A DNA stretch of 64,000 nucleotides, taken from NCBI RefSeq assembly GCF_001949145.1, contig NW_019091356.1:3888934-3952933 (forward strand), given 5' to 3'. A model generated the notes under the pieces. That model was not told where the DNA came from, did no database searches, and saw nothing but the letters and a program-made list of their open reading frames with translations. A program made the translations under genes and the position numbers. Origin of the DNA: Acanthaster planci. Lineage: Eukaryota. Positions 12,001 through 25,266 of the stretch are shown here, piece by piece. Numbering within the stretch: position 1 is the first letter of the stretch; every line of letters starts with the position of its first letter.

Positions 12001-15000
12001 TTTGACCAAGGCTCCTGATATTAATAGCAAGCCATTGTTTCTTCCCCTTCCCTGATTGGTAACCTTTGACCTTTGACCTCAACACCAACAGCGGCATAGC
12101 GGAGGGAGTTTTGTAAGTGTGTGCTACAAGTCATTTACACTTCTCACTGGAAGCATGAAAAAAACTAACCCAAAATCTAACAAAACTGCTAATGAAACAT
12201 GTATTTTTTCCCCACAAACACATAAAATCATTTTTTTTCCAGAGAAAACTTGGCATGAGAAAAACTAACTGAGTCATTCAAGGGCTTTCCCTCCCAGTTT
12301 GGGATCCTGGGGAATTTAGATGGTTTTTATGTGGATGGACCATTTCATGTGAAAATTGGGTTGTGGGCCTGCATTGTAAGACTAACAGTGGAATTTGCTA
12401 TTGAGGAACGAAATAAAACTACTTGTCTTGCTTGCTCTTTTGAAAACACAAAAATATCCAAATGTCATTTCATCCGCTTGCTTCTAGAAGCAAAAATTAA
12501 GCAGATGCAATTTTATGGTCAGTGGCAATAAAAAAAAAAACAAACTATGATGACATTGGAGTGAGGCAGACATCAGGGAAACTAGAAAGAAAAAACCTTT
12601 ATCCCTGGGCACAGCGGCCGTTTTGAAGGCAGTGCCGTCTATGTTTTGTGTCAGTATTGTTCATCTGTTTGTAATTGTGCCAAGGTTGGCAGTAGCCACC
12701 AAAATGGCCAACGGTGATGCCACAGGTGTGTTCATGGGATACCTAGTGCTTTGTTGTCATGGCAACAGAATAGCATAGTCTGTTTGCATAATGTGTGTGT
12801 GCATGTGCATGGAAGATCACATCGCTTTGTTTCACAGTGTGCATGAGGCTCAGAACTAGAAATTTCTGTCTCCAGCTCAGGAAATCAGTTCACACCCATT
12901 ATTGCTTGGAATGGAAATAACATAAGCCCACTTTGTGGGTTATGAAGTGTTTATAGTTTTGAGCCTCATAAAAGGCTTTGTTTTTTTCCCCAAAATGAAA
13001 GATGGTCAGTTTATGTCCTTTGTAGTCTTTTATGATATGCATGCATGGATCGGTTGTATTTGGTTTTGTAATATTTGGTCGTCTCAATTATTTTCTTAGT
13101 TTTTTCAGCTTTCTGAGTATTGGTGTCATTGTGTTTTGCTTCAAGTTCTTCATCTAAATATTCCTTGGTTCAAGATATTTTCCTTGCTTGATTTGTAGCA
13201 CACAACCAAGTTGCTTTCTTTACTTTCTGCTGCTGTTTTCTGCAGATTTGTTCTTCCTTTTTTGTTCTGGTATAAAGGTGGATGTCCTCAGATACCTGAT
13301 AATTTGCTGTACTTGAACCTTCTAAGACAAAACTGTATTGTTAGGATTAAAAGAATGGACTTTATGAATATTCAGTGACAGAAAAAGTCCCCCTTGCTGT
13401 ACCTCAGCAGCAAATGATAAATTCACAGCCATTTCTAAGACATATGCCAATGGCTGTAGAGCTTTATTGAGCATTTGCAGGTATCTGATTTGCTTCTTCA
13501 TGCATCAAGGACAGGTGGATGGGGGAAATCACTCATTTTAACTTAGGAAAGCATTCATTCTTACGATCTCTTGTTGGAGAATCATTTTGTTGTGTGTACA
13601 TCCATCAAAATCTGCACAGCCGGTCTCAGGATAAAGATTGCCAACCAAGATTTTTCATTTTTGTGTCCACAGCATTTTCTCCACAACGTCGTCCCCCAAT
13701 CTCTTTTTTTTCATTCATTTGCATTTTGTTATACTTAAAAACCTGAAATATGTTGAAGCTTTCTAAGCAAAGAATTTTGCCCCTTGCGTCATTGCCTTCA
13801 AATTAATCTCTCAGCACTGGCAAAATATCAGCCATGTGATACCATCCCTTCGGTGACGGATTTGATCAAGGTGGCCATTTGGTCATTCTTATTCCAGAGC
13901 CCAGTTAGAGTCAGAGAAGTCCCACTCGCGGAGTCTGCAGGAGGCCCTGGATTCGGAGCAGCAGAGCGTTCACAACCTCCAGCAGACGCTCGAGAGCGAA
14001 AGCAGCCGTACGGCCAAGGCCCGGCAGAGAGAGCAGGACTCGGTCAAGGTGAGAGGCAGAACTACAATTGCAGTTGGGATAATGGGCAAAGTTACTGCTC
14101 AATATAGAAGCCTCACATACTGAGTAGACCGCCCTCTATAGGAATTGCACAGATCTAATAGGGTCCAGGTAACATCTTGCCTTTTCCAGGGGTAGGGGGG
14201 GTGGGATTAAATGGTCTGTAAGGTTCCTTCAATTACCAAAGAAATTTAATTTGAGTTTCTACAAAAAAGCTGGTTCTTCTAATAACATTGTTGTCTTTCA
14301 AAAACAATCCCCAAAGGCTCTCATGCCAAAGTAAATGATTCCAGAGAAGGTAAGAGTCATCTGACTGTCGTGTGGAAGGGGTTTGAAGACATGGTTTTCT
14401 GAATTTTGGGGGGAACTGTTTTGACTTCACACAGGAGCTGAGGAAAGCCCTGGAGAGCGAACGCAACAAGCTGGTGGAGACCCACAAGGACCTGGAGAAG
14501 GCCAAGATCAGAGCCGAAGGGCTGAAGAGAGACTTGGAGGCAGAGAAATCCAGGTCGCTAACCCTTGCAGACACGGAGCGTGCCAAGATGTCCGACCTGA
14601 AGACGGCACTAGATGTTGAGAAAACCAGAAGTCAGGAACTGCACGCAGCTCTGCACGTAAGGAAGTTGTAGAAACAGAAGAGAGAGGCTTGATCTATCAC
14701 TGGTCCTATTTAAGAGGTTCTGCATGCTGAGTGCTTTATGAAACTTTGTCAGAAAAAAATCTTTGCCACTGTATCAATTAGGACTTGTCAGATGAGGATG
14801 TGTTATAGTCTTTGTCGCCAACTGACTGTGAGATTGTGTCTTTGACAGATTATACAATTGCTGGTCTTTGGCTTCCGTTGTTGCATGTGTTATTCTGACC
14901 TTGGCAAAGCTTTTCAAATGCAGCCTGAATTCAGAGAACCTATAGATTTTCTAACGTTTCATTCTTGGGTAACTTTAAAACTCTCTTGCTTCCAGCGGGA

Positions 15001-18000
15001 GCAAGCCTTGAACACCCAGCTGCATGAGTCATTGGACCAAGAGCGTAGCGCCTACGCCGAAAACTCCCACTACGAGAAGTCCACTATTGGTGAGCTGCAG
15101 ACAGTCTTGGACAACGAGAAGTCGCGCAACCTGGACCTGCGGACCCGAGCCAACCAACTGGAGAATGAGGTGGAAGCGCTTCAGAACATGAACGACCGGG
15201 AAAAGAGCCGGAGCTTAGAGGCTTTGGAGGAGGAGAGGGCCGTATGCCGGCAGCTGAAGGCCACCATTGATAGCTTACAGGTACAGACTGGAGGAGTTGT
15301 AGAGGCAGAGCATATCATTACCTTCCATGGGTTTGAGTCAGGGAACCAAGCCTGGTCAATTTTGTTCTTAATACGAGATACAATTTGTTCTTTTTTTGAA
15401 TGATTATATCTTGAAGAATGATTTTGAGAAATTTCATTCCTCTCTTTGTCTGGACAGGTACAGCAAGATGACCTGAATCGCAAACTTGTTGCTGAGCAGG
15501 AACGAGTTGCCATGACTCAGCAGGAATGCGATCGACTGAAGAGCGCCCTCTTGAGCCAGAAAGAGGAAGGCCGCGAGAAGGACATTATCCGGGAGAAGGA
15601 AAGGCAGATTGAACGACAGCGACACAGGGAGAGGGAAAGGGAGAGAGAGCTGGAGAGGCAGAGACAGGTATGGGGTGCCAGACAGGGTGGGGGAGATAGT
15701 GATACACTTGGGGTTGGGGATAGTTAACTTTGGGCTGAAGTGTGGGCGTTTTTGTTACTTCTGGACTTCTCTGGTCGTTTCGTTTTTCCAGAGTGACTTC
15801 CAGTTGGAGCGGGAACTGGACAGGCAGAAGATCCAGTCTTTAGAGCATGAGCTAGAGGAGAACAAGACAGCCCACGAGACAACATCCTCCGAGCTCAAGA
15901 AGCTCCGTGATGCCCAGCGACACTTTATCCCAAGGGTCACAGAGGAAGATTTGCAACAGGCCCATGAGGAGGTCAGTTTGCCTGAACATGTTAGGCCTAC
16001 TATTGCTTGGTTTCACAGATCATTGTGTATGTCGTGAAAGATGCATCTTGAAATTTGAGCAAACATCTGGGGTATAATCAGACTTGAGATCTTCCAGTCT
16101 TCTACCTGAGACTTGACGTTTTGGCTTTGGGATGTAAAATCTTTCACATTTTTGCACAGGAAGACATTTGCAGAGCAGAAAGTAGAAAGCAGATATGTGG
16201 TGGGGACCAGTCACAAACTGTGCACATCTCATGGCATTTTGACTGGTAACCCATGCTTACTGTACCCAGGGTATTGCTTGTTGAAAATTGCAAATGTTCT
16301 GAGTGGTAACTTGCCCCTTTATTGAAGTTTATACTAATATTAACCCCACACGGGAGCTCAATTTGAGAGTGTTGTTGTATACTTAGAGCATGCCATCAAT
16401 GGCCAATCAGCAACAATTTGTTAACCACAGGTTGAATTAGCTTGACACCTAGTATATATTTCATGCATAGGTTACCAGTCGAAATTGACCACTGGTTGAC
16501 AAGGTGTCGCTGGTTGAATTTACCCAATGCTTCAGTATCTCCTCAATCCTCCTCTGTTCAGCAGGAGTTGTCGCGAGGCAGTCAGCATCGCAGTCCCCGC
16601 CCTACCCCCTTGGCGTCCCGTCTGCAGCTCTACAAGGCCCAGCTGGAGGCGGTCCGGCAGAGATTGCAGCTCCTGGCCGTCCGCCAGCAGGAGGAGATCG
16701 CCAAGCTGCTGCGGCTGGGCTTGGAGAGCGACCGGCAGGAGTTGGGCAACCTGCAGCGGGGGCTGACGGAGACGCTGTCGGAGCTCAAGCAACTCCACGC
16801 CTCTCTGGCGCTGCACTCAGAGGTAAACGACAATCAAAATGGCCCTGTCGGAAGGAATAAGGGACATATGACTGTCTTGAAATTAGCGTCTCAGATCTTT
16901 AGCCCAACAAAGCCATCAGGGCTCGAGGGGGGCTCTTTAAACCAGTGGAGCCTGTGATAAAAATGAATGCCAGTACTGAACCAAAACTCAAAAGTCAACG
17001 TCTTTTTACATTGAAGTAGAACAGTTGCATGAAACCTACTTTCAGATCTTATATTATATCAAGATGGTCTCATTTTCAAGAGAGGTGAATTTGAAAGTCT
17101 TGAAGTGGATTTGAGAAACGAATGTCAACATTGATGTGGACAAAATTGTGTTTTGGTTGTCAAGACAAAAACTTGAAAAAATCCGGTAACCATACTTTTT
17201 CTGTCATCCCTTCAGTCTGTTCCGTCTATTGTTACCCCAACGACAACCACCCGCCTGAACGACCGCCTGCTATCCCAGAATGCCGAGCTGAGCAACTTTG
17301 CCTCTCGGCTGAGCGAGGAGAAGACAGAGATGCGGACGGCCCTGGCCAAGCTGGAGGAAGAGGTCTGGCGGTTTAGGCAGCGAGAGGCACAGCTAGACGA
17401 GGTGAGAAATGACAAACAAATAAATCCAATATGGCTTCCTCCCTAGCAACCTGTCAACCTTGTCCTCAGAGGTCATAAGGAGATTGTCACAATACATTTT
17501 CGTGTAGAATGCTTGACAGGATTATCAAAATGGATTGATAACTAAGTTTGTCTGCTGAACGTGTTGTGCTTTGGTTTTTTTTAATTCTCAGGCGACTCGT
17601 CGTTCTTTAGACAACACCGACACAGCTTTGGCAGAGGAACGTGCCCTGTGGAGCAGGGAGAGACAAGCAGCCCAGAATGCATTGCAGAAGGCCGAGTCCC
17701 AGATCGCCCACCTCAAAGCCCAGCTACAGCATGAAGCCAATAGGAGAGATGCAGGAGGCCCTCTGTTGGCAGGAGCAGGAGAGGTCTCTGAGCACCAACA
17801 GCTGAAGGTACTTCCTTCTAATGCAGCAATGAAGCCAAAAGCCTTTTACTTTGAAATTCCTTCATTTTTTGCAGGCAAATTGAACACTAACCCCAACAAT
17901 GCAGTTCAGTTTACAAATGAGACCATTTTATGTGGTTGTCTTACTTTAGAACTTGCTCAAAATATCAAAATGTAGTAAGTTTTTTGAGTCTGAAGATTTT

Positions 18001-19534
18001 TAAGTCGCAATGGACCAAGCGTTGTAAGTCACTGTATTAGACATGCTTTCAACTATAGGCTGTTTTAATCAGGTGTCTTGTGGCTTTGGCAATGACGGAT
18101 TGTTCATAGTGGCCGGAGTATAACTCACCGTTGACTCTGATCAGTTTTCCCCCCCCCCGTACAATCACTTAGTTGCAGAAGATGTACGGCAAGTACCTGC
18201 GGGCAGAGAGCTTCCGCAAGGCCCTGGTGTACCAGAAGCGCTACCTCCTGCTCCTTCTAGGAGGTTTCCAAGACTGCGAGCAAGCGACGCTGCAACTCAT
18301 TGCCAAAATGGGTGCCTACCCAGCCCCTGAATCTCTGGAGAGGCAGTCCCGACACAGCAAGGCCTTCTCAAGATTCAGAAGTGCCGTGCGAGTAGTCATC
18401 GCCGTGTCCAGGTCAGTATTGGAATGAGTAGAAAGGGATGTCAAAAAAACATCTACAAACAAAAGAACCGTACATGTGGAAAAACGTCTTGGAAAAAATG
18501 TAATCGTTTTTTCTTGGAAACAGGTTGAAATTCTTGGTCCGGAAATGGCGACGGGCCACACGTGTTGGCACACCCTCCACCACCCCATCCGTCCACCCAG
18601 ATGTCATGTCCTCTCCACCCCCTCGGGGACTGTCGTCAGCCTCCATCCCTAACATCAGGGTTACTACCCCAGTCAGAAGCTCCCCACCCACGGGGATGCA
18701 TCTCGTCAATGGTGCGTCACCCCCTGTGCGGGACGTCATCGGTCAGTCGGCGTTGCGGACAGTCTTTCCCAGTGGACACCACAGGGCCAGATCCTCCAGC
18801 CCAGTTCTATTCCACGGGTAAGAATTGCATACTTTGGGAATTGAGAGAGTTGTTGAAAGTTTTAACTGGCATTTTTCGTAGTTCTTTCAACTGCTACTTG
18901 ATATAGATGACAAGAACCAATAGGAACATCACTCAGCTTGGAGGGGGTTGATGTGCCATTGATGAATGCCGTAAGACCTAAAGGGTCCATAGCACCCTTT
19001 CCTGAATCTTTTAGGGAGCCCCCCCTCCTTTTGGTCGTAGCCACTCCCCTCCTGATGCAATTTTAGTCACTTCACGAATTAATTCAACTTGGTTCTCATT
19101 CCCACTTTCTTCGCCCCTTTAGAGCCACCTCTCCGTCCCCACGCCCAGACGGCCGGCCCTTAGGGTACCACTCGGCCTCCCCTCTAGACAGACACTTCAG
19201 CAGATCCCTGGATAGACCCCTGGATGCATCGGGGAGCGGGGACCCCGAGGCCTCACTGACCAACTACATCCAGAAGCTGGAGAGTCTTCAGCAGAGGCTG
19301 GGAGCTCACATCTCGGGTAAACAAATAAACGTCACCCGTTGATCGATACGGCAAACTTTGCTTTCAGTGATATTTGGCAGTGCTGTAAGGTGCTGCTCTG
19401 TACCTCAAATAAATCTATTTTTGATTTTTGCATGAATTCTTCTCCATGTCCCTTTATGAAACTTTTCTTGTCCAATCTTTAAATGTCCAGGAGAGAGTAG
19501 AACGACCAGCTATTCCACGTTCTCCAAGAGGTAG
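1..19534 (+). CDS. PCNT/AKAP9: Pericentrin/AKAP9-family centrosomal coiled-coil scaffold with C-terminal PACT domain (5'-truncated by window edge; multi-exon)
   Basis: Phase-consistent exons: <1-119, (982-990), 2942-3195, 3521-3643, 3875-4168, 4672-4830, 5075-5248, 6256-6486, 6609-6770, 6929-7096, 7277-7660, 8171-8480, 9315-9490, 9765-9977, 10299-10469, 10563-10758, 11070-11292, (12092-12112), 13898-14048, 14435-14656, 14996-15280, 15458-15667, 15792-15971, 16562-16822, 17216-17401, 17592-17807, 18173-18411, 18524-18817, 19123-19316, 19491-19534 (TAG). The protein is E/Q/L-rich heptad coiled coil. Family motifs: QFLEQQTIEREQEREEFQREI, LHNEGLQVLSLSD, DWRGRVL, RLLSQNAEL, PACT YGKYLRAESFRKALVYQKRYLLLLLGGFQDCE...FRSAVRVVIAVSRLKFLVRKW, and terminal DPEASLTNYIQKLESLQQRLG. 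Extra exons could be hidden in the N-gaps. Confidence 0.93.
982..990 (+). other. Candidate 9-nt in-frame microexon of the PCNT/AKAP9 gene
   Basis: Long pyrimidine tract, then gtcag|ACCCAAGAG|gtgagt. Phase 1-1; inserts D-P-R between flanking exons with no stop. Confidence 0.6.
5264..6008. other. Assembly gap (N run); further gaps at 9090-9237, 22322-22914 and 37133-37786
   Basis: Runs of N in the sequence. Confidence 0.99.
8661..9004. mobile_element. MITE-like foldback element with internal CCCAACT/AGTTGGG sub-repeats
   Basis: Terminal inverted repeats tgttacgccccaact ... agttgggccgtaaca, with many internal cccaact(g/a)/agttggg motifs in both orientations. Intronic, no ORF. Confidence 0.55.
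12092..12112 (+). other. Candidate 21-nt in-frame microexon of the PCNT/AKAP9 gene
   Basis: aacag|CGGCATAGCGGAGGGAGTTTT|gtaagt. Phase 2-2; inserts GIAEGVL with no stop. Confidence 0.6.
18173..18548 (+). other. PACT centrosomal-targeting domain (exon 18173-18411 plus start of exon 18524-18817)
   Basis: Translation LQKMYGKYLRAESFRKALVYQKRYLLLLLGGFQDCEQATL...RFRSAVRVVIAVSRLKFLVRKW matches the PACT signature of pericentrin/AKAP9. Confidence 0.93.
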
Positions 19535-21419
19535 TAATGGCCTCATGCCGTCAACAGCTCTCATTTCCTTGCCTGCTCTGTTCTTCACCGATTCAAAAAC
19601 ATACAACTCGATTTGTAATGAAATATGAAATCAGGAATTTTTTAGTGGTTTAATAATATTTATGTTGTTGAAAAACTTGCAAGTCGAATCTGTCTTGTGT
19701 GAGCCATTTTTAACTCGCCAAGACAAACTGGTGTTGAGTGTCTTCACAACAGTAGGCCAATCACACAGTGGAAGCAAACTTAGATGTTTTGCACCCTTTC
19801 ATTCGATGGAGGGTTGTGGTTTCGTAAAGTCATATTTAAGTGTGCTAAGTTGGATAACATTTTGATTTTCATTGCTCTACATTAAAGCAGTTGCGTTTAT
19901 TATTAAAAAGCAATAAATGGGCTCATGCGTTGCTTCAAGAAGATGGTTTCAGTCAAGAACCATTTACATAAAGCACAGAACTGGAAAATAGAGGCATATT
20001 TGCAGAAAACAAGTCGATTCTTACAAGAAAAAGTAGATACAAACTAAGCCAAGTTGTTCAGTTGGGCATGAACTGATTGAAATTTTCGTGTGATTTCGCC
20101 GCCACCGTTTTTTAAAGTGGATTTTTTAAAAGCAAGTTAAAACTGACAGTGCGTTCTGTCTTGTTTTTAACGCATACTTTTTTCAGTTCATTTTAAAGTG
20201 ATATTTGGAGCAATTATTGACTCAAGATTTTCTTGGTAATAGTTGTTCCTGGATTTGTGTGAGCTTCTTGGTATCATTGGTAATTTTTCTATCTGCCAAT
20301 ATCTCTCTGAGGATACTTTGAATACTCCGGGGGGGGGGAATGTAGTCATAAGATCCTTTTAAAATTCTTTCTTGTGTGTATAGTCAAAAACGTCTATTTC
20401 TGAAAGTGGCTGTAAATTTTAGCTTGCCTGTAAAAAGTACAACGGAACCAATGATAAAAAAGTTTGAAAGTGTGTCGAAAATTGCATATAGAAATGTAGC
20501 ATGTGCATCAACTCAGTATTCCAAGTACATGTAGTGTATGTTGGTGCTATTTTAGCCGGGGTTTATGTTCTCGGTGCCAGCGAAAAAGTAGCCTTGGTAA
20601 GGACACTTGACAATTATGCAAGAACACTCGGCAAACATTCCAGATTGAAATGAAATGTTTTATATGACGGCACAAAGTGAGTATTTGTACCATTTGTATA
20701 ATTGAAAAAAAAAAAGATTAAAGTGCTCGTGTAATCTGAAAAGGTGGCTGGAATCTATGCATGGCACACTACTACAAACAAATGCTATCTTTGAGAGAAG
20801 TTATCAATGGCCAACCTCCTATGTTGCTGTGGTAAATGTAACTCCTACTATTAAAAGCAAAGTCTTTACAAGAAAAGCCAAGCCTTTGATGGGAAGGTGT
20901 CCTCTTCTTAAAACTGGCCAATTTCATTGACATCTGAGACTGTTGCGCCATTGTCCCAATGCACCTGTGAATGTGCAGTGTGCACACACAGAATCATTGG
21001 GAGTCACTGTTAAAATGTCAATCTGTAAAAGGCTTGAAAAGATGTCATTCAGGGCCAGCTCTAAGTATCATTGGTGGGTGCAAGGGAGATTGGCTTATTT
21101 TAATACTGATTTTCTTTCTTTGATCATACCATACCAGAATTGTACACTTGCTCATCTTGCATAAAATGCATAACAATTTGTAGTACATGTACAATGTAAA
21201 GGCTGGCTTAAATGATTCATGCTTTCAGTTAAGGATCCCAGTAAGAAATTAACCATAAATAGCACGGATTTGAACATTGTATTTATGTACATAAATATTG
21301 CAAGTCATTTTGAAATTTCGAAATTTATACTTGTTTGTTGTGTTGGTTTAAGTTGTACTGACCTGAAAGGGTTTTTCAGTATCTTTTAATCATTTGAATG
21401 TGAATAGACAATAATAAAG

Positions 21420-21700
21420 ATTTTTGACAAAATTGAGATTCAGAGGAAATTCAAAGTTTGACCAATTTAAATTAAAATGTAAGGCTAACCCCTTGCAAAT
21501 TCAGTTATTTTTGGACAAAAAAGGGCCAATTTTTAGATGTGGCAAAATTTAAATTTTTACCTTGTTAAATTAAAATGTATTAGGCTAACCCCTTTTGATT
21601 TCTTTTAGTTTCTGCAAAAAAATGACAAAATGGAAAATTAGGAGAAAATTCGCGCCAATTGAAAACAGTGCGAAATAGGACCGAAATAGCGTCACCTGTT
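21420..21700. repeat. Short copy of AT-rich degenerate satellite-like repeat (same family as 26690-27800)
   Basis: Contains attaaaatgtaaggctaaccccttgcaaat and gatttcttttagtttctgcaaaaaaatgac, shared with the 26.7-27.8 kb array. Confidence 0.7.
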
Positions 21701-23793
21701 GACTCTTGTGAAGAGATTAAGGCCAGAAGATCACTTTTTGTTTCAGTTTCATGGGGGTTAGCCACAAATTTTTTTATTCTCCTTTGAACAAAGACACCCC
21801 AAAATAGCAATAAAAACTAAGCGCTCATTTCTGAATGTAGCTGCCCGCCTCTATCCAAAATAAGTCCACAATTTGGGGCTTTTTGTGAAAGAAATACCAC
21901 AAACTGGAAACTATCAGTCCCAAATTCGCGATTTATAGAAATAATAAATCTAAATCTGTAGATCTGTTGATAATAGTCTGAGCAACTTGAACTCTACAAA
22001 TTGCCTTTTTAAAGATTCAGAGAGGGTCCGGCGAAACATGGCCACGTAAACACACTGGAAACTCATCAGTCGCGTCAGTGTGAAGTCGCCAACTTGGTCT
22101 GGAATCAACTCGCTCCGAGTCAACTCCATCTCAGGTCAACTTGGTCCCAAGTCTACTCGGTCTCGTCAACTTTGGGAGGCAGGCACATGGCTTCGGCATG
22201 AATAAAAATCTTCCAAGCTAGTTTCGACACACTTTAGCATACCTAAAGTACATGTATTTCCAGAATTCTAAAATAGCACGTGTTGTTCATGTAAATTGAC
22301 TGTTTCCAGTGGCAGTGGCATNNNNNNNNNNNNNNNNNNNNNNNNNNNNNNNNNNNNNNNNNNNNNNNNNNNNNNNNNNNNNNNNNNNNNNNNNNNNNNN
22401 NNNNNNNNNNNNNNNNNNNNNNNNNNNNNNNNNNNNNNNNNNNNNNNNNNNNNNNNNNNNNNNNNNNNNNNNNNNNNNNNNNNNNNNNNNNNNNNNNNNN
22501 NNNNNNNNNNNNNNNNNNNNNNNNNNNNNNNNNNNNNNNNNNNNNNNNNNNNNNNNNNNNNNNNNNNNNNNNNNNNNNNNNNNNNNNNNNNNNNNNNNNN
22601 NNNNNNNNNNNNNNNNNNNNNNNNNNNNNNNNNNNNNNNNNNNNNNNNNNNNNNNNNNNNNNNNNNNNNNNNNNNNNNNNNNNNNNNNNNNNNNNNNNNN
22701 NNNNNNNNNNNNNNNNNNNNNNNNNNNNNNNNNNNNNNNNNNNNNNNNNNNNNNNNNNNNNNNNNNNNNNNNNNNNNNNNNNNNNNNNNNNNNNNNNNNN
22801 NNNNNNNNNNNNNNNNNNNNNNNNNNNNNNNNNNNNNNNNNNNNNNNNNNNNNNNNNNNNNNNNNNNNNNNNNNNNNNNNNNNNNNNNNNNNNNNNNNNN
22901 NNNNNNNNNNNNNNGATGGGCAAGGGTGGAAGTCCTTGGGGCTGGAAGTCTGAGAGCTGATAGGAAGGGTAGAGTGGATGGCTGAGGGCTTGGGACTATC
23001 AGTATAGAGCTCTGAGGATCCCATGGGGTTGAAGGACATAGCTTCTTAATGTTCCATATTGCTATTGGGTTTACAGTAGCCCTTATAAGATTGAGACTAA
23101 AAGGCTCCAAGAGGGAACTTTATACAAGGAGCTAGGGAGATGATTAAGACTGGCAGGGCTTTCATGTAGGAAGAGACTGTAATGTAAAATCTAAAGATGG
23201 AGACAGATGTACCTTAAACTCTGGCAGTGTAAAATGGTCCAGATTAGGAGAAGGGTGAAGTGGCAAAGTACTACAGGTTTACAAATAGATATACGTGTAC
23301 AAAAAGTTGTTTTGCTAGTTTAAATAAATGAGCATTTATTTCACTTGCAAATGAAAATTAACTGGTTATTGCAATAAATGGTGACTGTTTTAGAAAGCAT
23401 TTTTGCAAGGTAATATTTTCAAAGGAAACAAATTTTATGTCAGTGCTAAAAGGTCCTTAGAATGCACTAAAAGGTGTTTAGTGAAAAATATTATTTTAGA
23501 CATTAATTGAAGAAACAGAATTGGTTAAAATTGTTGGCCACAAAAAATAGTTTTATGACTAACAAATAAAACTGTTTAAATGAAATGTTTCTTTCGTGCA
23601 CAGAGTAAGGCCCTTAGAGTGTTTTCAAAAAAATGTTTGCAGTAATGACCTTTCAGCACTGAGCCAACAATTTACAACTTGAAGTTTTGTGATAATTTTA
23701 AGTGAAAGACCTTTTTCTGATGCTCTGGCAATGTGGATGTACAACTTGGAAAACACATAATGCACACAGAACTTTGTCCAAGGAAAAACTTAA

Positions 23794-23905
23794 AAAGATG
23801 AACAAAGAAATTGACGGGAGCGAGATTTGAACCTGCGACCTCTGGAATACCGTACCGGTGCTCTACCAACTGAGCTATCTAGCCCTACGTTGGTGGTTCT
23901 TCCCA
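23794..23905 (-). mobile_element. tRNA-derived SINE-like element (copy 1)
   Basis: Minus strand has Pol III A box (tagctcagttggtagagc) and B box (ggttcaaatc) but no acceptor stem. A near-identical copy with the same flanks lies at 60222-60334. Confidence 0.7.
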
Positions 23906-24839
23906 TTTATCAATATCTCTGTTCAAGGGGTAAACTTGTAAAAAATGAGGTTCAGAACAGCCACTGGGTTGATTGAACAGTGCTGGTATTTTGGCTGCCT
24001 GAATGGGAACACCCATTTTTAAAAGCATACAATAGTTACAAACTTTTAAGCCTCAAAAGAAGTAGTATCAAAGTGTCGAAAGTCTTTCCAAATGGTCATT
24101 ATTTGCAAATTTTGAAGTACATGAATAGCATCTTGATAACCTACATGTAAACATGAATGTTGTTAAATGTGCATTTATGAGTCAATGCATTACGATGAAA
24201 AGAAACAAATTCAAGGCAAACAATAGTCTTTCTTCAAAAGCAAACTGACCAATTGTCTATTCAATTTACAGAGTACCTTTTAAGTCATGAATAATTTGGA
24301 TGTAAGTACAGAACAACGTCTCTATAACAAATAAGTCGGTAAACGGAACATGCCTCTTGGCTCCCAAATTTTCTTCTCACTTTCACTGAACATCACAAAT
24401 TTGCTTTAAATTAAAGAAAAAAATTTGGGACTGGTGACAGTGACTCAAAAGTTAAGATGAAAATCACCTCCGAAATTGGAACGGCCATGTTATGAGCCCA
24501 TAGCAAAACAAGAAGCCGCACAAGAGAATCTGTTTTACACGAACAAGAACACACCTGTATGTATGTGTAACAACTGACATTTCAACATAGGAAATAGCAC
24601 CTTCTTTTTTCTGCAAATGGCCGCACCCCCTCTCTGTTTTGGCAAATAGCGCCCTCTTTTGCTAGGACTTTTTCCCTTTTTTATGGAAATCAGAACACTT
24701 TGATTTTTAGGCCTATGAAAATGTGACAATTGGAACAGTACCAATGAAATTGCAATAGTTAGGGAGGTATGCTACACCAAGCATTGTGTATGGACCCTGC
24801 CCTGTTTATTACAGCAGCATTGTGCTGTATACCCGTTTA

Positions 24840-25266
24840 CACTACTCAAAAAAATTAAAGGATCACAGTCACATTTGTCTTTGAAATTTCAGCCAGATGT
24901 GTACCTCATTGACTTTACTTATTGTACACTGAAGCTCATAATCATGCTTGGTTGAGCACCATAGATTGTGAGACAATGCAATTGGTTAGTCCTGTTTCAG
25001 AGCCCAATTGCCTGGAAGGGTCAAAAAGCATGGGGCGATGTGTATTGCTTAGGTATTGCACAACTTAAAAATGACCATCTTTCACTCTCTTTGCACATAA
25101 ATTTAGGATGGGATGACTGTGAGGCAAGGGGGTGAGAGACTGGGAGGGTCTTGGAGAGTTGGGGGGTACGATGACATGAATGAGACTGGCCAGTACTATG
25201 CGATGTGAATACCATTTGTTACAATTATTAATCACTACGTATGATACTTTGATCTTTTGAGTAGTG
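24840..25266. mobile_element. Non-autonomous Tc1/mariner-type MITE
   Basis: TA|CACTACTCAAAAAAATTAAAGGATCA ... TGATACTTTGATCTTTTGAGTAGTG|TA: imperfect terminal inverted repeats flanked by a TA target-site duplication. No transposase ORF. Confidence 0.75.

Noticed and set aside
2871..17415. Many antisense or alternate-frame ORFs rich in S/L/R overlapping the coiled-coil exons
   Set aside because: They are shadow ORFs caused by GAG/CAG/CTG codon bias and have no independent splice structure.
22915..23270. Purine/G-rich sequence of atypical composition right after gaps (also 6009-6235)
   Set aside because: It abuts N-gaps and has no coherent ORF or motif. It is most likely low-quality contig-end sequence, and a biological claim cannot be supported.
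23812..23886. tRNA gene (also 60240-60315, 10075-10125, 32945-33010)
   Set aside because: A and B boxes are present, but the acceptor and anticodon stems do not pair, and two copies share non-tRNA flanks. These are SINE-like, not functional tRNAs.
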